NCBI GenBank assembly: GCA_047618765.1
Contig: JBLHLI010000001.1
Location: forward strand, 8,449 to 72,448
Reading direction: 5' to 3'
DNA: 64,000 bases
Origin: Enterobacterales bacterium
GTDB lineage: Bacteria > Pseudomonadota > Gammaproteobacteria > Enterobacterales > GCA-2746155
Shown here: positions 9,807 through 19,498 of the stretch, in pieces
How the letters are laid out: each line of letters begins with the position of its first letter
Position numbering within the stretch: position 1 is the stretch's first letter
Made by a program: the position numbers and the translations under genes
The notes under the pieces: generated by a model
What the model was told of the DNA's origin: nothing
Seen by the model: only the letters and a program-made list of their open reading frames with translations
Database searches by the model: none

Positions 9807-10514
9807 TTGTCTATGTGGAAATCCTTATCCGTCTTAGCTATTGTTCCCGCAAGGGGAGGCAGCAAAGGAATCATTAAAAAAAATCTTAGGGAAATTTGTG
9901 GAAAATCATTAATAGCACATACAGCAACTTTGGTTTCAAGTATAGATTGGCTCGATGCTTCGGTTTTATCATCTGACGATCAAAGTATGATTGATGAAGC
10001 AATATTGCATAACTTGTCCGCACCATTTGTCCGACCTGATGAGCTGTCATCCGATCTTGCCAACAGTATAGATGTTTGGTTGCACGCATGGAGAGAGGCT
10101 GAAAAATTTTACAACAAGGTATTTGATGTTTCTATATTACTAGAACCTACAAGTCCGTTAAGGACTAGAGAAGACATCGAGCGGGTAATGCAACTATTAG
10201 ATAAACCTAAGGTTAATTCCGTTGTAACAGTATCTAAGACTCCAGCGCACTATACCCCAGAAAAAACATTAGTTTTAAATCAAAATAGATTAAAAAATTA
10301 TTTAGATACGGATACACCAATTCGTCAGATGATCCCAAGTTACTACCATAGGAATGGTATTTGTTATGGTATGAAAAGAGAGCATTTTTTTAAAAACAAA
10401 TGTATTTTCTCAGATTCCACGGAAGCCGTTTTAATCGATAGGCCAATCGTTAATATTGACGATGAATTTGAACTTGATTATGCATCGTGGCTAATGCATA
10501 AAACCATAAAGTAA
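9807..10514 (+). CDS. neuA: Acylneuraminate (NulO) cytidylyltransferase, CMP-sugar synthetase 1
   Basis: AIVPARGGSKGIIKKNL, the signature nucleotide-binding loop of CMP-NeuAc synthetase family enzymes. TTG at 9807 or ATG at 9813. Confidence 0.8.
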   Translation: MSMWKSLSVLAIVPARGGSKGIIKKNLREICGKSLIAHTATLVSSIDWLDASVLSSDDQSMIDEAILHNLSAPFVRPDELSSDLANSIDVWLHAWREAEKFYNKVFDVSILLEPTSPLRTREDIERVMQLLDKPKVNSVVTVSKTPAHYTPEKTLVLNQNRLKNYLDTDTPIRQMIPSYYHRNGICYGMKREHFFKNKCIFSDSTEAVLIDRPIVNIDDEFELDYASWLMHKTIK

Positions 10515-10580
10515 ATATTCTAATATAATAGCGAAAAAACAGTAACTGATAAATATTAACCCAGATGCATTAATTAAATA

Positions 10581-11810
10581 ATGTATCGCAATAGAACTTC
10601 AAATAATATGATTCCATATGGTCAGCACTATATTGACGAAGATGATATAGACAAAGTCGTAGAAGTATTAAGATCTGGTACTTTAACTCAGGGTCCAGTT
10701 ATTTATGAATTTGAAACGACATTAGCTAAACAGGTTGAAGCAAAATATGCTGTAGCGGTCTCAAGTGGAACTGCGGCATTACATCTTGCTTGCTTGGCTG
10801 CAGGTATTGGTCCAGGCAAGAAAGTTTATACTTCTGCTAATACATTCGTTGCCAGCGCCAATAGCGTAATTTACACGGGGGGTGAACCAAGATTTACCGA
10901 TATTAATGTTGATACACTTAATATGTGCCCCGAATCTCTTTTGTCACATATCGCAAAGGATCCTGAAATAGATGCAGTTATTCCTGTTCATTTTGCTGGT
11001 TTACCTTGTGATATGGAAGCAATAAGTAATATAGCCAGTAAACACAATGCAAAAGTAATTGAAGATGCATCCCATGCACTCGGGGCTTATTATTCCTCAG
11101 GGAAACCTGTTGGATGTTGTGCATATTCTGAGATGACGGTGTTTTCATTACATCCAGTTAAAGGCGTTACAGCGGGCGAGGGTGGAGTTATAACAACGAA
11201 TGATTCCGCAATCTATTCCAAACTGCTTCATTTGCGTAGTCACGGTATTTCTAAAGGCAATTTTGATATCCCAGGCATCAGCGAAGGTGATGATGCTTTA
11301 GTTTATAAAGATGAGGCTATTGATAATGGTAAATTAAACCCGTGGTATTATGAAATGCAGGAGTTAGGATATAATTATAGGATTACTGACTTTCAATGCG
11401 CATTAGCATTATCACAGTTACAAAAAATCAACAAATTTATGCAACGTAGAAAAGAAATAGCAAAAATCTACGATAGTGAACTCGCAAACTTACCTTTTGT
11501 CACCTTAACTCAGGCTGATGCTTGTAGTAACAGCTCCCTACATTTATATGTTATTCGAATAGACTTTAATAAGTTAGGTAAAACGCGTGGGGAAGTAATG
11601 CGTGAACTGTTCGAAAAGAATATTGGTACACAAGTACATTACATCCCAGTTCCATTTCACCCTTATTATGCTGATATGGGTTTTGAGCGTGATAATTATC
11701 CAGTAACAAAAAATTATTATTATCAAGCTTTGTCAATTCCTATCTATTATGAACTTACAGATTCAATGGTTGCTGATGTTGTTTCTGGAATTAAAGATAC
11801 TCTACGGTAA
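10581..11810 (+). CDS. pseC: DegT/DnrJ/EryC1-family PLP aminotransferase, PseC-like
   Basis: MIPYGQHYIDEDDIDKVVEVLRSGTLTQGP (PseC-type N-terminus) and SLHPVKGVTAGEGG (PLP lysine). The real start is probably the ATG at 10608. Confidence 0.75.
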   Translation: MYRNRTSNNMIPYGQHYIDEDDIDKVVEVLRSGTLTQGPVIYEFETTLAKQVEAKYAVAVSSGTAALHLACLAAGIGPGKKVYTSANTFVASANSVIYTGGEPRFTDINVDTLNMCPESLLSHIAKDPEIDAVIPVHFAGLPCDMEAISNIASKHNAKVIEDASHALGAYYSSGKPVGCCAYSEMTVFSLHPVKGVTAGEGGVITTNDSAIYSKLLHLRSHGISKGNFDIPGISEGDDALVYKDEAIDNGKLNPWYYEMQELGYNYRITDFQCALALSQLQKINKFMQRRKEIAKIYDSELANLPFVTLTQADACSNSSLHLYVIRIDFNKLGKTRGEVMRELFEKNIGTQVHYIPVPFHPYYADMGFERDNYPVTKNYYYQALSIPIYYELTDSMVADVVSGIKDTLR

Positions 11811-11820
11811 GAATTGATCA

Positions 11821-12690
11821 GTGAAATTAGCTCTAGGTACAGTTCAGTTTAGTCAAAATTATGGAATAGCCAACAAAAGAGGCATGATTCCTTATAATGA
11901 AGTGCAAGAAATCTTAAAATACTCAAATGAAGCAGGTATTAACACTTTAGATACGGCTATTTCGTATGGTGATTGTGAAACTATTTTAGGGAGTGTAGGT
12001 GTAGATTCATGGCAAGTGATTTCAAAGCTTCCTGAGATCCCTTTAAATTGTAACGATATAAAAAGATGGATAGTTGAAACGGTTAAGTCTAGCCTTAATA
12101 AGTTAAATGTTCCTCAGCTTCATGCCTTATTATTACATAGACCAAAACTATTACTGGAAGATAATGGCGATATAATCTACCAAACTTTAAATGAGTTAAA
12201 AGAGAAAAAATTAATAAAAAATATTGGAATTTCAATTTATGAGGCAAATGAGTTGGAGTCAATTATTAACAATTACAAGGTTGACATTGTTCAAGTACCT
12301 TTTAACTTGATGGACCATCGGCTTATCGAATCTGGCTTATTAGCTAAAATGGCATCTTCTAATATTGAAGTGCATGTACGCTCAATTTTCTTGCAGGGAT
12401 TGCTTTTAATGAATAATGAAAATAGGCCAAAAAAATTCAATTTCTGGAAAAACAATTGGAATAAATATGATCAGTGGCTTAAAGTTAATGGGTTAACTCC
12501 ATTACAAGCGTGTTTAAAATTTGTTTCTTCTTTTTCTGAAATTGAAAAAATAGTAGTAGGCGTTGATCATATTTGCCATATTAAGCAAATAGTAGAGGCT
12601 TATAAGGTTGAAACGAATCTAACACCAGTGAGATTTAATAGTGATGACTTGAACTTATTAAACCCTTCAAATTGGATAAATATAAAATAA
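11821..12690 (+). CDS. Aldo/keto reductase family oxidoreductase
   Basis: LGTVQFSQNYG, NTLDTAISYGDCE, LLLHRP, GISIY and VQVPFNL are typical AKR strand/loop motifs. GTG start. Confidence 0.7.
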   Translation: MKLALGTVQFSQNYGIANKRGMIPYNEVQEILKYSNEAGINTLDTAISYGDCETILGSVGVDSWQVISKLPEIPLNCNDIKRWIVETVKSSLNKLNVPQLHALLLHRPKLLLEDNGDIIYQTLNELKEKKLIKNIGISIYEANELESIINNYKVDIVQVPFNLMDHRLIESGLLAKMASSNIEVHVRSIFLQGLLLMNNENRPKKFNFWKNNWNKYDQWLKVNGLTPLQACLKFVSSFSEIEKIVVGVDHICHIKQIVEAYKVETNLTPVRFNSDDLNLLNPSNWINIK

Positions 12691-13709
12691 GCTTGTTGGA
12701 GAAGTATATGAGTATAGAAATAATTGCAGAGTTAGCACAAGGTTTTGAAGGAAAACCGGAGCAAGCCAAGCTATTAATGTTGGCTGCAAGTAAAGCTAAA
12801 GCTGATGCTGTTAAATATCAGCTGGTTTATGCAGACGAATTAGCTACAACTGACTATGAGTATCATGAATTGTTTCAGTCTTTAGAGATGCCAGATGAAG
12901 TTTGGCATGAATTAGCAAGTTATGCCAAACAGTTAAAGATAAAATTACAGTTTGATATTTTTGGAGAAAAAAGTCTTAAATTAGCTGAAGAAGTTAAAGT
13001 AGACACTGTGAAGTTACATGGAACAGATATAGCAAACATTGGGCTACTGAATAAAGTATCATTCAGCACGATTAAAAGAGTAATATTAGGTGCAGGGGGA
13101 GCATTCCTTAGCGAGCTTGAGCGAGCTTTAGATATCTTGAATGATAAAGAAGTTGTTGTTTTGTTTGGGTATCAAGGATACCCAACACCGATTGATACTA
13201 ATCAAATTTCTCGAATTCAGCTATTTAAACATATGGTGGGGGATAGCAGAGACAACGTAATAGTTGGTTTTGCTGATCATGCTGAACCAGACTCGGAATT
13301 ATCGTATGCAATAGCTGCAACCTCTATAGGAGCAGGTGCTAAAGTTATAGAAAAACATTTAACGTTAGGGAAAACAATGGAGTTGGAAGATCATGAGTCG
13401 GCATTAAACCCTGACGAATTTTTAATATTTTCAGAAACCGTTCGGAATTGTGCCAAAGCTTATGAAGGAGCGATTCATGAAAATGATTTTGGTATGAGTG
13501 ACGCTGAATATAATTACAGAAAATTGATAAGACGACATGTCGTTAGCGTTAAAAATTTAAGTAAAAATACAATTATTAAGCATGATGACGTAGGTCTAAA
13601 AAGAACCTCGTCGGAATCATTCCTAACAGATATTGAGAGCGTTTATAATAAAGTGGTGTTAAATGATATTCAAGAGAACGCACCTATTTTACCGGAGAGC
13701 GTTAAATAA
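12672..13709 (+). CDS. Divergent NeuB/SpsE-family synthase (paralog 2)
   Basis: AELAQGFEGK...AVKYQLV, GFADHAEPD, IEKHLT and a C-terminal SAF-like domain. The canonical NH(x)G of the N-terminal motif is replaced by GFEG. Likely start is the ATG at 12708 (MSIEIIAEL), preceded by ggagaag. Confidence 0.65.
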   Translation: MDKYKISLLEKYMSIEIIAELAQGFEGKPEQAKLLMLAASKAKADAVKYQLVYADELATTDYEYHELFQSLEMPDEVWHELASYAKQLKIKLQFDIFGEKSLKLAEEVKVDTVKLHGTDIANIGLLNKVSFSTIKRVILGAGGAFLSELERALDILNDKEVVVLFGYQGYPTPIDTNQISRIQLFKHMVGDSRDNVIVGFADHAEPDSELSYAIAATSIGAGAKVIEKHLTLGKTMELEDHESALNPDEFLIFSETVRNCAKAYEGAIHENDFGMSDAEYNYRKLIRRHVVSVKNLSKNTIIKHDDVGLKRTSSESFLTDIESVYNKVVLNDIQENAPILPESVK

Positions 13710-13711
13710 AA

Positions 13712-14479
13712 ATGAAACGAAAATTAGTTGCAGCGTTAGCCTGTCGTAATCAAGGAACAAGATTATACGGTAAGCCTCTTCAAAACTTAGATGTGAATAA
13801 TAATGTAACTATATTAGATAATATAGTAGATTGTTTAAAGTCAATTGATTGTATAGAAGATATTGTCCTCGGAATTTCCGAGGGCATTGAAAATGAAATA
13901 TTCAAAATAATTGCAAAACAAAAAGGTATTAAATACATCGTTGGAGATCAGACTGATGTTTTATCTAGGCTTATACAGTGTGGGAAATTAGTTGATGCAA
14001 CGGATATACTCCGTGTTACTTCTGAGTCACCTTTTCCATATTATGAAATAATACAAGAAGCATGGGGAGATCATGTGAAAAATGTTGTGGATGCAACTTT
14101 TCTGGATGAAATTGTTGATGGTTGCGGTTTTGAAATAATTAGTTTACAAGCTCTATCTATTTCTCACTCAAAAGGAAAACAGAAGCATAGGTCTGAACTG
14201 TGTACTTTGTATATACGTGAGAATGCTAGTGAGTTTAATATATTAAGAGTTGGTCTTAGTAATAAATTAATAAGAAAAGACCTTAGGTTAACGGTAGACA
14301 ATCCAGAAGATTTGGTTGTATGTAGACATATATACAAACAGTTTAAAGATAAAGCACCAAATATTTCTGTAAATGATATTGTAAATTTTTTAGATCAAAA
14401 TGAAGAACTTGTGAAGCTTGTTTCACCTTATACAGAAATAGGATATTCAACGATGTACATATTTGATGAAAATGAATAA
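13712..14479 (+). CDS. SpsF/PseF-like cytidylyltransferase, CMP-sugar synthetase 2
   Basis: KLVAALACRNQGTRLYGKPLQNL, the nucleotide-binding N-terminus of CTP_transf_3 / SpsF-type enzymes. Lies next to the NeuB paralog. Confidence 0.6.
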   Translation: MKRKLVAALACRNQGTRLYGKPLQNLDVNNNVTILDNIVDCLKSIDCIEDIVLGISEGIENEIFKIIAKQKGIKYIVGDQTDVLSRLIQCGKLVDATDILRVTSESPFPYYEIIQEAWGDHVKNVVDATFLDEIVDGCGFEIISLQALSISHSKGKQKHRSELCTLYIRENASEFNILRVGLSNKLIRKDLRLTVDNPEDLVVCRHIYKQFKDKAPNISVNDIVNFLDQNEELVKLVSPYTEIGYSTMYIFDENE

Positions 14480-15779
14480 TAAAGGATCAAAACTTTGGCA
14501 GCGAGCTAAAAAAATCATTCCAGGAGGGAATATGTTGCTTTCAAAGAGACCAGAGATGTTTTTGCCAGAATTATGGCCTTCGTATTTTAGTAAAGCTAAA
14601 GGCTGTAAGGTCTGGGATTTAGATGGAAAGGAATATATCGATATGTCTATCATGGGTATTGGTACAAATACTCTTGGGTATGGGCATGATGCGGTTGATA
14701 AGGCGGTCCAAAATGTGCTCGCAAATGGAAACATGTCTACATTTAATTGTCCCGAAGAAGTTTACTTAGCGGAAAAGCTTGTTGAGTTACACCCATGGTC
14801 AGATATGGTACGGTTTGCAAGGACGGGTGGTGAAGCTAATGCGATTTCGATTCGGATAGCAAGAGCCGCTACAGGTAAGGATAATGTAGCTATTTGTGGT
14901 TATCATGGATGGCATGACTGGTATCTCTCGGCAAATTTGTCTGATGATGAAAATTTATCTTCACATTTACTATCTGGACTTGATACGAATGGAGTTCCAA
15001 GGAACTTAAAAAATACTATATATCCCTTTAACTATAATAACTTTGATGAATTAAAGCGTCTAGTTGAGACAAAAGATATTGGTGTTATAAAAATGGAAGT
15101 CAGAAGAAATTTACAACCAAAAGATGATTTTCTAAATAAAGTTAGAGATATAGCAAATAAAAATAATATAGTTTTAATTTTTGATGAATGTACTTCTGGT
15201 TTTAGACAGAGTTATGGTGGGCTACATAAAATATATAATGTCGAACCTGATATGGCTATATTTGGAAAGGCACTCGGAAATGGTTATGCGATAACTGCTA
15301 TTTTAGGTAAAAGAGAGGTGATGGAAGCTGCTCAATCTACTTTTATCAGTAGTACATTTTGGACAGAAAGAATTGGCCCTGCAGCAGCATTAAAAACACT
15401 TGAGATTATGGAGGCAGGAAAATCCTGGGAGATAATAACCGAAACTGGTTTAGATATTACATCTAAATGGAGACAGTTAGCTGAAAGTTATGGCCTCCCA
15501 ATAACTACAGGGGGATTATCTGCCTTAACTTATTTTTCGATTGATAGTGAAAATTTTCTAGCGTATAAAACCTTTATTACTCAAGAGATGCTAAAAAAAG
15601 GATATTTAGCGGCAAACAGTATTTATGTATGTACTGAACACCAGCCAGTTGTAATCGATGGTTATTTTTCCGCGCTAGATGAAATATTCAAAATAATAAA
15701 AAAGTGTGAAGAAGGTGAAGATATTTATAAATTGCTTGATGGTCCTGTTTGTCATGATACATTCCAACGATTAAATTAA
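14463..15779 (+). CDS. Class III PLP aminotransferase (glutamate-1-semialdehyde aminomutase-like)
   Basis: GYGHDAVDKAV, FDECTSGFR and AIFGKALGNGYAI (PLP lysine). Overlaps the upstream gene by 17 nt. Confidence 0.75.
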   Translation: MMKMNNKGSKLWQRAKKIIPGGNMLLSKRPEMFLPELWPSYFSKAKGCKVWDLDGKEYIDMSIMGIGTNTLGYGHDAVDKAVQNVLANGNMSTFNCPEEVYLAEKLVELHPWSDMVRFARTGGEANAISIRIARAATGKDNVAICGYHGWHDWYLSANLSDDENLSSHLLSGLDTNGVPRNLKNTIYPFNYNNFDELKRLVETKDIGVIKMEVRRNLQPKDDFLNKVRDIANKNNIVLIFDECTSGFRQSYGGLHKIYNVEPDMAIFGKALGNGYAITAILGKREVMEAAQSTFISSTFWTERIGPAAALKTLEIMEAGKSWEIITETGLDITSKWRQLAESYGLPITTGGLSALTYFSIDSENFLAYKTFITQEMLKKGYLAANSIYVCTEHQPVVIDGYFSALDEIFKIIKKCEEGEDIYKLLDGPVCHDTFQRLN

Positions 15780-15797
15780 ATAAATTTTATTCTAAAT

Positions 15798-16370
15798 ATG
15801 AAGCACGCAATAAATTTAAGACCATTTTCTGAAAATGATATTACAGTTGTTTGGGAATGGCGCAATAGCCATAATGTTTCCAAATATATGTATAGACAAT
15901 CCATTGTTCCTTATGAAGAACACGAGAAGTGGTTCCATAAAATATCAAATGATAATAGTTCAGAATATTGGATTATACAATCTGGAAAAAATGACATTGG
16001 AGTCGCATGTATAACTAATATTAATGTAGAACATAAGCACGCAGATTGGGCTTTTTATATTGCAAATACACAGACAAGAAACTCGGGTATTGGTGCGTAT
16101 GTGGAGTTTCAAATCATTTATACTGTTTTTGAAAAACTTAAATTAAACAAATTATGTTGTGAGGTTTTAGCGTGGAATGAGTCAGTTATAAAGTTACATA
16201 AAAAATTTGGTTTTGTTGAAGAGGGAATAAAGCGTGAGCACGTGTTAATTAATGACGAGTATCAAGATATTGTATGTTTTAGTTTGTTGGCATCGGAGTG
16301 GGAAAAAGATAAAAGTGAACACTTTTCTCGTTTTAAGCGATTAGGATTTTTTACAAGTCAGCCTATATAA
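15798..16370 (+). CDS. pseH: GNAT N-acetyltransferase, PseH-like
   Basis: LRPFSENDITVVWEWRNSHNVSKYMYRQSIVPYEEHEKWF matches the PseH-type N-terminus. Has a GNAT core and is adjacent to the PseG-like gene. Confidence 0.7.
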   Translation: MKHAINLRPFSENDITVVWEWRNSHNVSKYMYRQSIVPYEEHEKWFHKISNDNSSEYWIIQSGKNDIGVACITNINVEHKHADWAFYIANTQTRNSGIGAYVEFQIIYTVFEKLKLNKLCCEVLAWNESVIKLHKKFGFVEEGIKREHVLINDEYQDIVCFSLLASEWEKDKSEHFSRFKRLGFFTSQPI

Positions 16371-16371
16371 A

Positions 16372-17319
16372 ATGACAAGCGTAAATATAATTCCCGATAG
16401 CTCTCCTAGTCAGGGCCTAGGACATGTTTCACGTTGTATGTCTTTAGCAAAAGTGTTAAAAGAACGAGGGTTTGAGATAAATTTCACTGTAAGCTCTTAT
16501 AAAGCTTTAAAACACATTCATAAAAAAGGATATGATGCATCAATCGGTTCGAATGCAACAGATATATATTATGATATAACCATAGTTGATAGTTATACAT
16601 ATCCTGAGTCGTATTATATTGAACAAAAGAAAAAACAAAATTGTTTAATTGTTATTGATGATTTGGCAGATAGAAAGTTAACAAGTGATATTTATATTAA
16701 TCACAATTTATTTGCAAATAATTTGGATTTAAAAAATATAATATCCAACCATTTTTTGTTAGGTTTTGAATATGCGTTAGTCGATCGTTCTTTTTACGAT
16801 ATAACTAAAATTAAGAAATCATCAAACTGCATTAGTATATCTTATGGCGGAACTGATAATGGACAGTTTTCAGTGCCAGTAATTGAAAGTTTAAGAAAAT
16901 TAAAGATAGAAAACCCAATTAACTTAATTCTTTCTGATTTAAATAAAATAAAGCCTGAAAAATTAAAATATATTAGGGATAACTATATAGTAAATATTTC
17001 TAGTGAGGTAGAAATGTCTGATATATTAGCTGATACTTTTATTTTTTTATGTGCTGCTGGGCAAACTTCGTTAGAAGCTCTTATCTCTAATACGGCATTT
17101 GTTGCTTTTCTAATGGCAGATAACCAAATACCAAACGCAAAAGCATTGAAAGACTTAAATTTTCCTGTTGTGAATCAATTTGATCCGTATATAATAGCTA
17201 AAAAAACAAAAGATATAGTAAACAATAATTCTCCAAACCAATTTGATTTCTTCTATAATAAAAATGTCGTAATAGGTCCAGATAATATTGTTAATAGGAT
17301 AGTTGATTATATAAAATAG
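16372..17319 (+). CDS. pseG: PseG-like UDP-sugar hydrolase (GT28-like fold)
   Basis: GLGHVSRCMSLAKVLKERG N-terminal motif and a SYGGTDN mid-region, typical of PseG/SpsG. Confidence 0.65.
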   Translation: MTSVNIIPDSSPSQGLGHVSRCMSLAKVLKERGFEINFTVSSYKALKHIHKKGYDASIGSNATDIYYDITIVDSYTYPESYYIEQKKKQNCLIVIDDLADRKLTSDIYINHNLFANNLDLKNIISNHFLLGFEYALVDRSFYDITKIKKSSNCISISYGGTDNGQFSVPVIESLRKLKIENPINLILSDLNKIKPEKLKYIRDNYIVNISSEVEMSDILADTFIFLCAAGQTSLEALISNTAFVAFLMADNQIPNAKALKDLNFPVVNQFDPYIIAKKTKDIVNNNSPNQFDFFYNKNVVIGPDNIVNRIVDYIK

Positions 17320-17362
17320 CTATGTACACATCAATTGTATTGTTTATTTTTGGAGAAATAGT

Positions 17363-18679
17363 ATGGAATTAGAATTCGTAAGTAATACAGGGTTCTATTT
17401 GTCGAATCAGGAGCATGTTTTTGGTATGGACTTATGGTTCACACAAGGTGCATTTGAAGGCAGTTGGTATCATTTTCCACCTTTAAGAAAAACTAAATAT
17501 AGAATTGAAGATTGCGACACCATATATATATCACATATTCATCCAGATCATTGCGACTTCAATTCTCTACGTTACGCAAAAAAAGATACTGTTTTTGTTG
17601 TTCCCGGGTATTTCAATCATCTAATCAAACGAAAACTAGAAGTTTTTGGCTTTTACAATATAGTTTCTCTGCAGCACGGTGAAGAAGCAACGCTTCCTTG
17701 TGGTGCACATGTTCGCTTATATAAACAGTTTGTGAATAATATGGGGATTGATGCTAAATTTGGAAGTTTGATTGATAGTGCTCTATTAATCAAATGGGAC
17801 GGAAAGGTCATACTTAATTGTAATGATAACTATATAGATTTGGAGTCTGCGCAAGAAATAAAAAAAGAATTTAATACAATTGATCTGGCATTACTACCTC
17901 ACTCAGCTTCAGGCCCTTATCCTGCAAGTTTTAATAATTTATCCTTAGATGAAAAATATTTAGAAGCTGATCGCTTGTCTAATTTTTATATTAATCATTT
18001 CCTTGAAATGACAGAAACTTTACAGCCAAGACTGGTTGTCCCCTGTGCTGCAGAGTATGTGGTTGTTGGACGAATGTGGAAAAAGAATGACCATATTGGT
18101 CTTGCTTATCCCAAAGATGCTGTAGATAGATGGAAGGCAAAAGCTGAAACTCATGGATGTCATACTGAAGCTCATCATTTAGATTGTGGAACGATTTTAA
18201 ATCTTGATACAGGTAAAACATATGGCCTTGAACCACGTAATCCATCAGTAAAGGAGAGGATGGAGTTCGCTAATAAGTATAAGGATGTTAATTTTCGTTA
18301 CGAATGGGAAGATACTTGTACTTCAGTAGAGGATTTAAATGTATTAATTCTTGCAGCTAGAGTGAATATGTGGGAAATGCAAAAAAAATTAAACTGGTTT
18401 AAAGATTATAATGTTTATATAAATATTGAGGGCCTTTATTTATACCATTTGAATTTTAGTGTTGAGAAAATTGATAATAAAATTGAAGAGCGATATACTC
18501 CCTATTTAGAAGTGCGTTTATCACAACAATTAATGTACTCAATTATTACAAAAAAAGTACATTGGAATAATGCTGAAGGCGGATTACATTTAGAATTTTA
18601 TAGAGAGCCGAATTTATATGTGCCTGAAGTTTTTATATTAATGTCCTTTTTTCATGCTGAAAAAATTCAATATAAATAG
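17363..18679 (+). CDS. Metallo-beta-lactamase-fold protein, unknown role in glycan tailoring
   Basis: IYISHIHPDHCDF (HxHxDH). 438 aa, longer than simple MBL hydrolases. Confidence 0.6.
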   Translation: MELEFVSNTGFYLSNQEHVFGMDLWFTQGAFEGSWYHFPPLRKTKYRIEDCDTIYISHIHPDHCDFNSLRYAKKDTVFVVPGYFNHLIKRKLEVFGFYNIVSLQHGEEATLPCGAHVRLYKQFVNNMGIDAKFGSLIDSALLIKWDGKVILNCNDNYIDLESAQEIKKEFNTIDLALLPHSASGPYPASFNNLSLDEKYLEADRLSNFYINHFLEMTETLQPRLVVPCAAEYVVVGRMWKKNDHIGLAYPKDAVDRWKAKAETHGCHTEAHHLDCGTILNLDTGKTYGLEPRNPSVKERMEFANKYKDVNFRYEWEDTCTSVEDLNVLILAARVNMWEMQKKLNWFKDYNVYINIEGLYLYHLNFSVEKIDNKIEERYTPYLEVRLSQQLMYSIITKKVHWNNAEGGLHLEFYREPNLYVPEVFILMSFFHAEKIQYK

Positions 18680-18723
18680 TCGATTATATAAATTAAAACT
18701 TATTATTAATAGGATGATTTAAA

Positions 18724-19488
18724 ATGGCAAGAGAGATACCAAGTTATAAAGTAAACTCTGACCATAGCTTTGAACAAGCTATGGAAGATCACCTCGAAAC
18801 TCAAGTTAAAAAGCAAGGCGCATTAAATGTTGTTAATGGCTTTTCCAAATACGCAAGAAGGCAAGAGATAACTAGATTTTTGGTTAGGCATGAGTTGTAT
18901 AAATTAATTCAAGATCATAAAGGATGTATAGCAGAGTGTGGTGTATATGCTGGACAAGGTTTAATGACTTGGGCACAGCTTTCCACAATTTATGAACCTG
19001 TTGGAGGGATGTTTAGACATATTTATGGATTTGATACGTTTGAAGGTTTTCCATCTGTTGATGATAAGGATAAGATTGGTGATTCAAAGTTTGATTGGAA
19101 AGAAGGCGATTTAGCTAATGATAGTTATGACGATTTATTGAATTGTATCGAGTTATACGATAAAAATCGTTTTCTATCGCAAATCCCTAAGGTGAGCTTG
19201 GTTAAAGGTGATTTTAATAAAACCTCTAAAACTTTCTTGCAGGATAATCCTCATGTACTATTTTCACTAATATATCTTGACTTTGATTTATACGAGCCAA
19301 CAAAGCAAGCTTTAGAATTTTTTCTTCCTCGTTGTTCTAAAGGAACTATTTTAGCTTTTGATGAAATTAATCATCCACTTTGGCCTGGTGAAACATTAGC
19401 GCTTTTGGAGGGTTTTGATATTAAAACATCAAAACTAAGACAGTTTAATATTGACCCTACTATCTCTTACTTAATTATAGGAGAATAA
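18724..19488 (+). CDS. TylF/MycF-family sugar O-methyltransferase
   Basis: ECGVYAGQGL, YGFDTFEGFP and IYLDFDLYEPTKQALEFF...GTILAFDE are diagnostic of the TylF (Methyltransf_24) family. Confidence 0.75.
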   Translation: MAREIPSYKVNSDHSFEQAMEDHLETQVKKQGALNVVNGFSKYARRQEITRFLVRHELYKLIQDHKGCIAECGVYAGQGLMTWAQLSTIYEPVGGMFRHIYGFDTFEGFPSVDDKDKIGDSKFDWKEGDLANDSYDDLLNCIELYDKNRFLSQIPKVSLVKGDFNKTSKTFLQDNPHVLFSLIYLDFDLYEPTKQALEFFLPRCSKGTILAFDEINHPLWPGETLALLEGFDIKTSKLRQFNIDPTISYLIIGE

Positions 19489-19498
19489 GAATAATTAT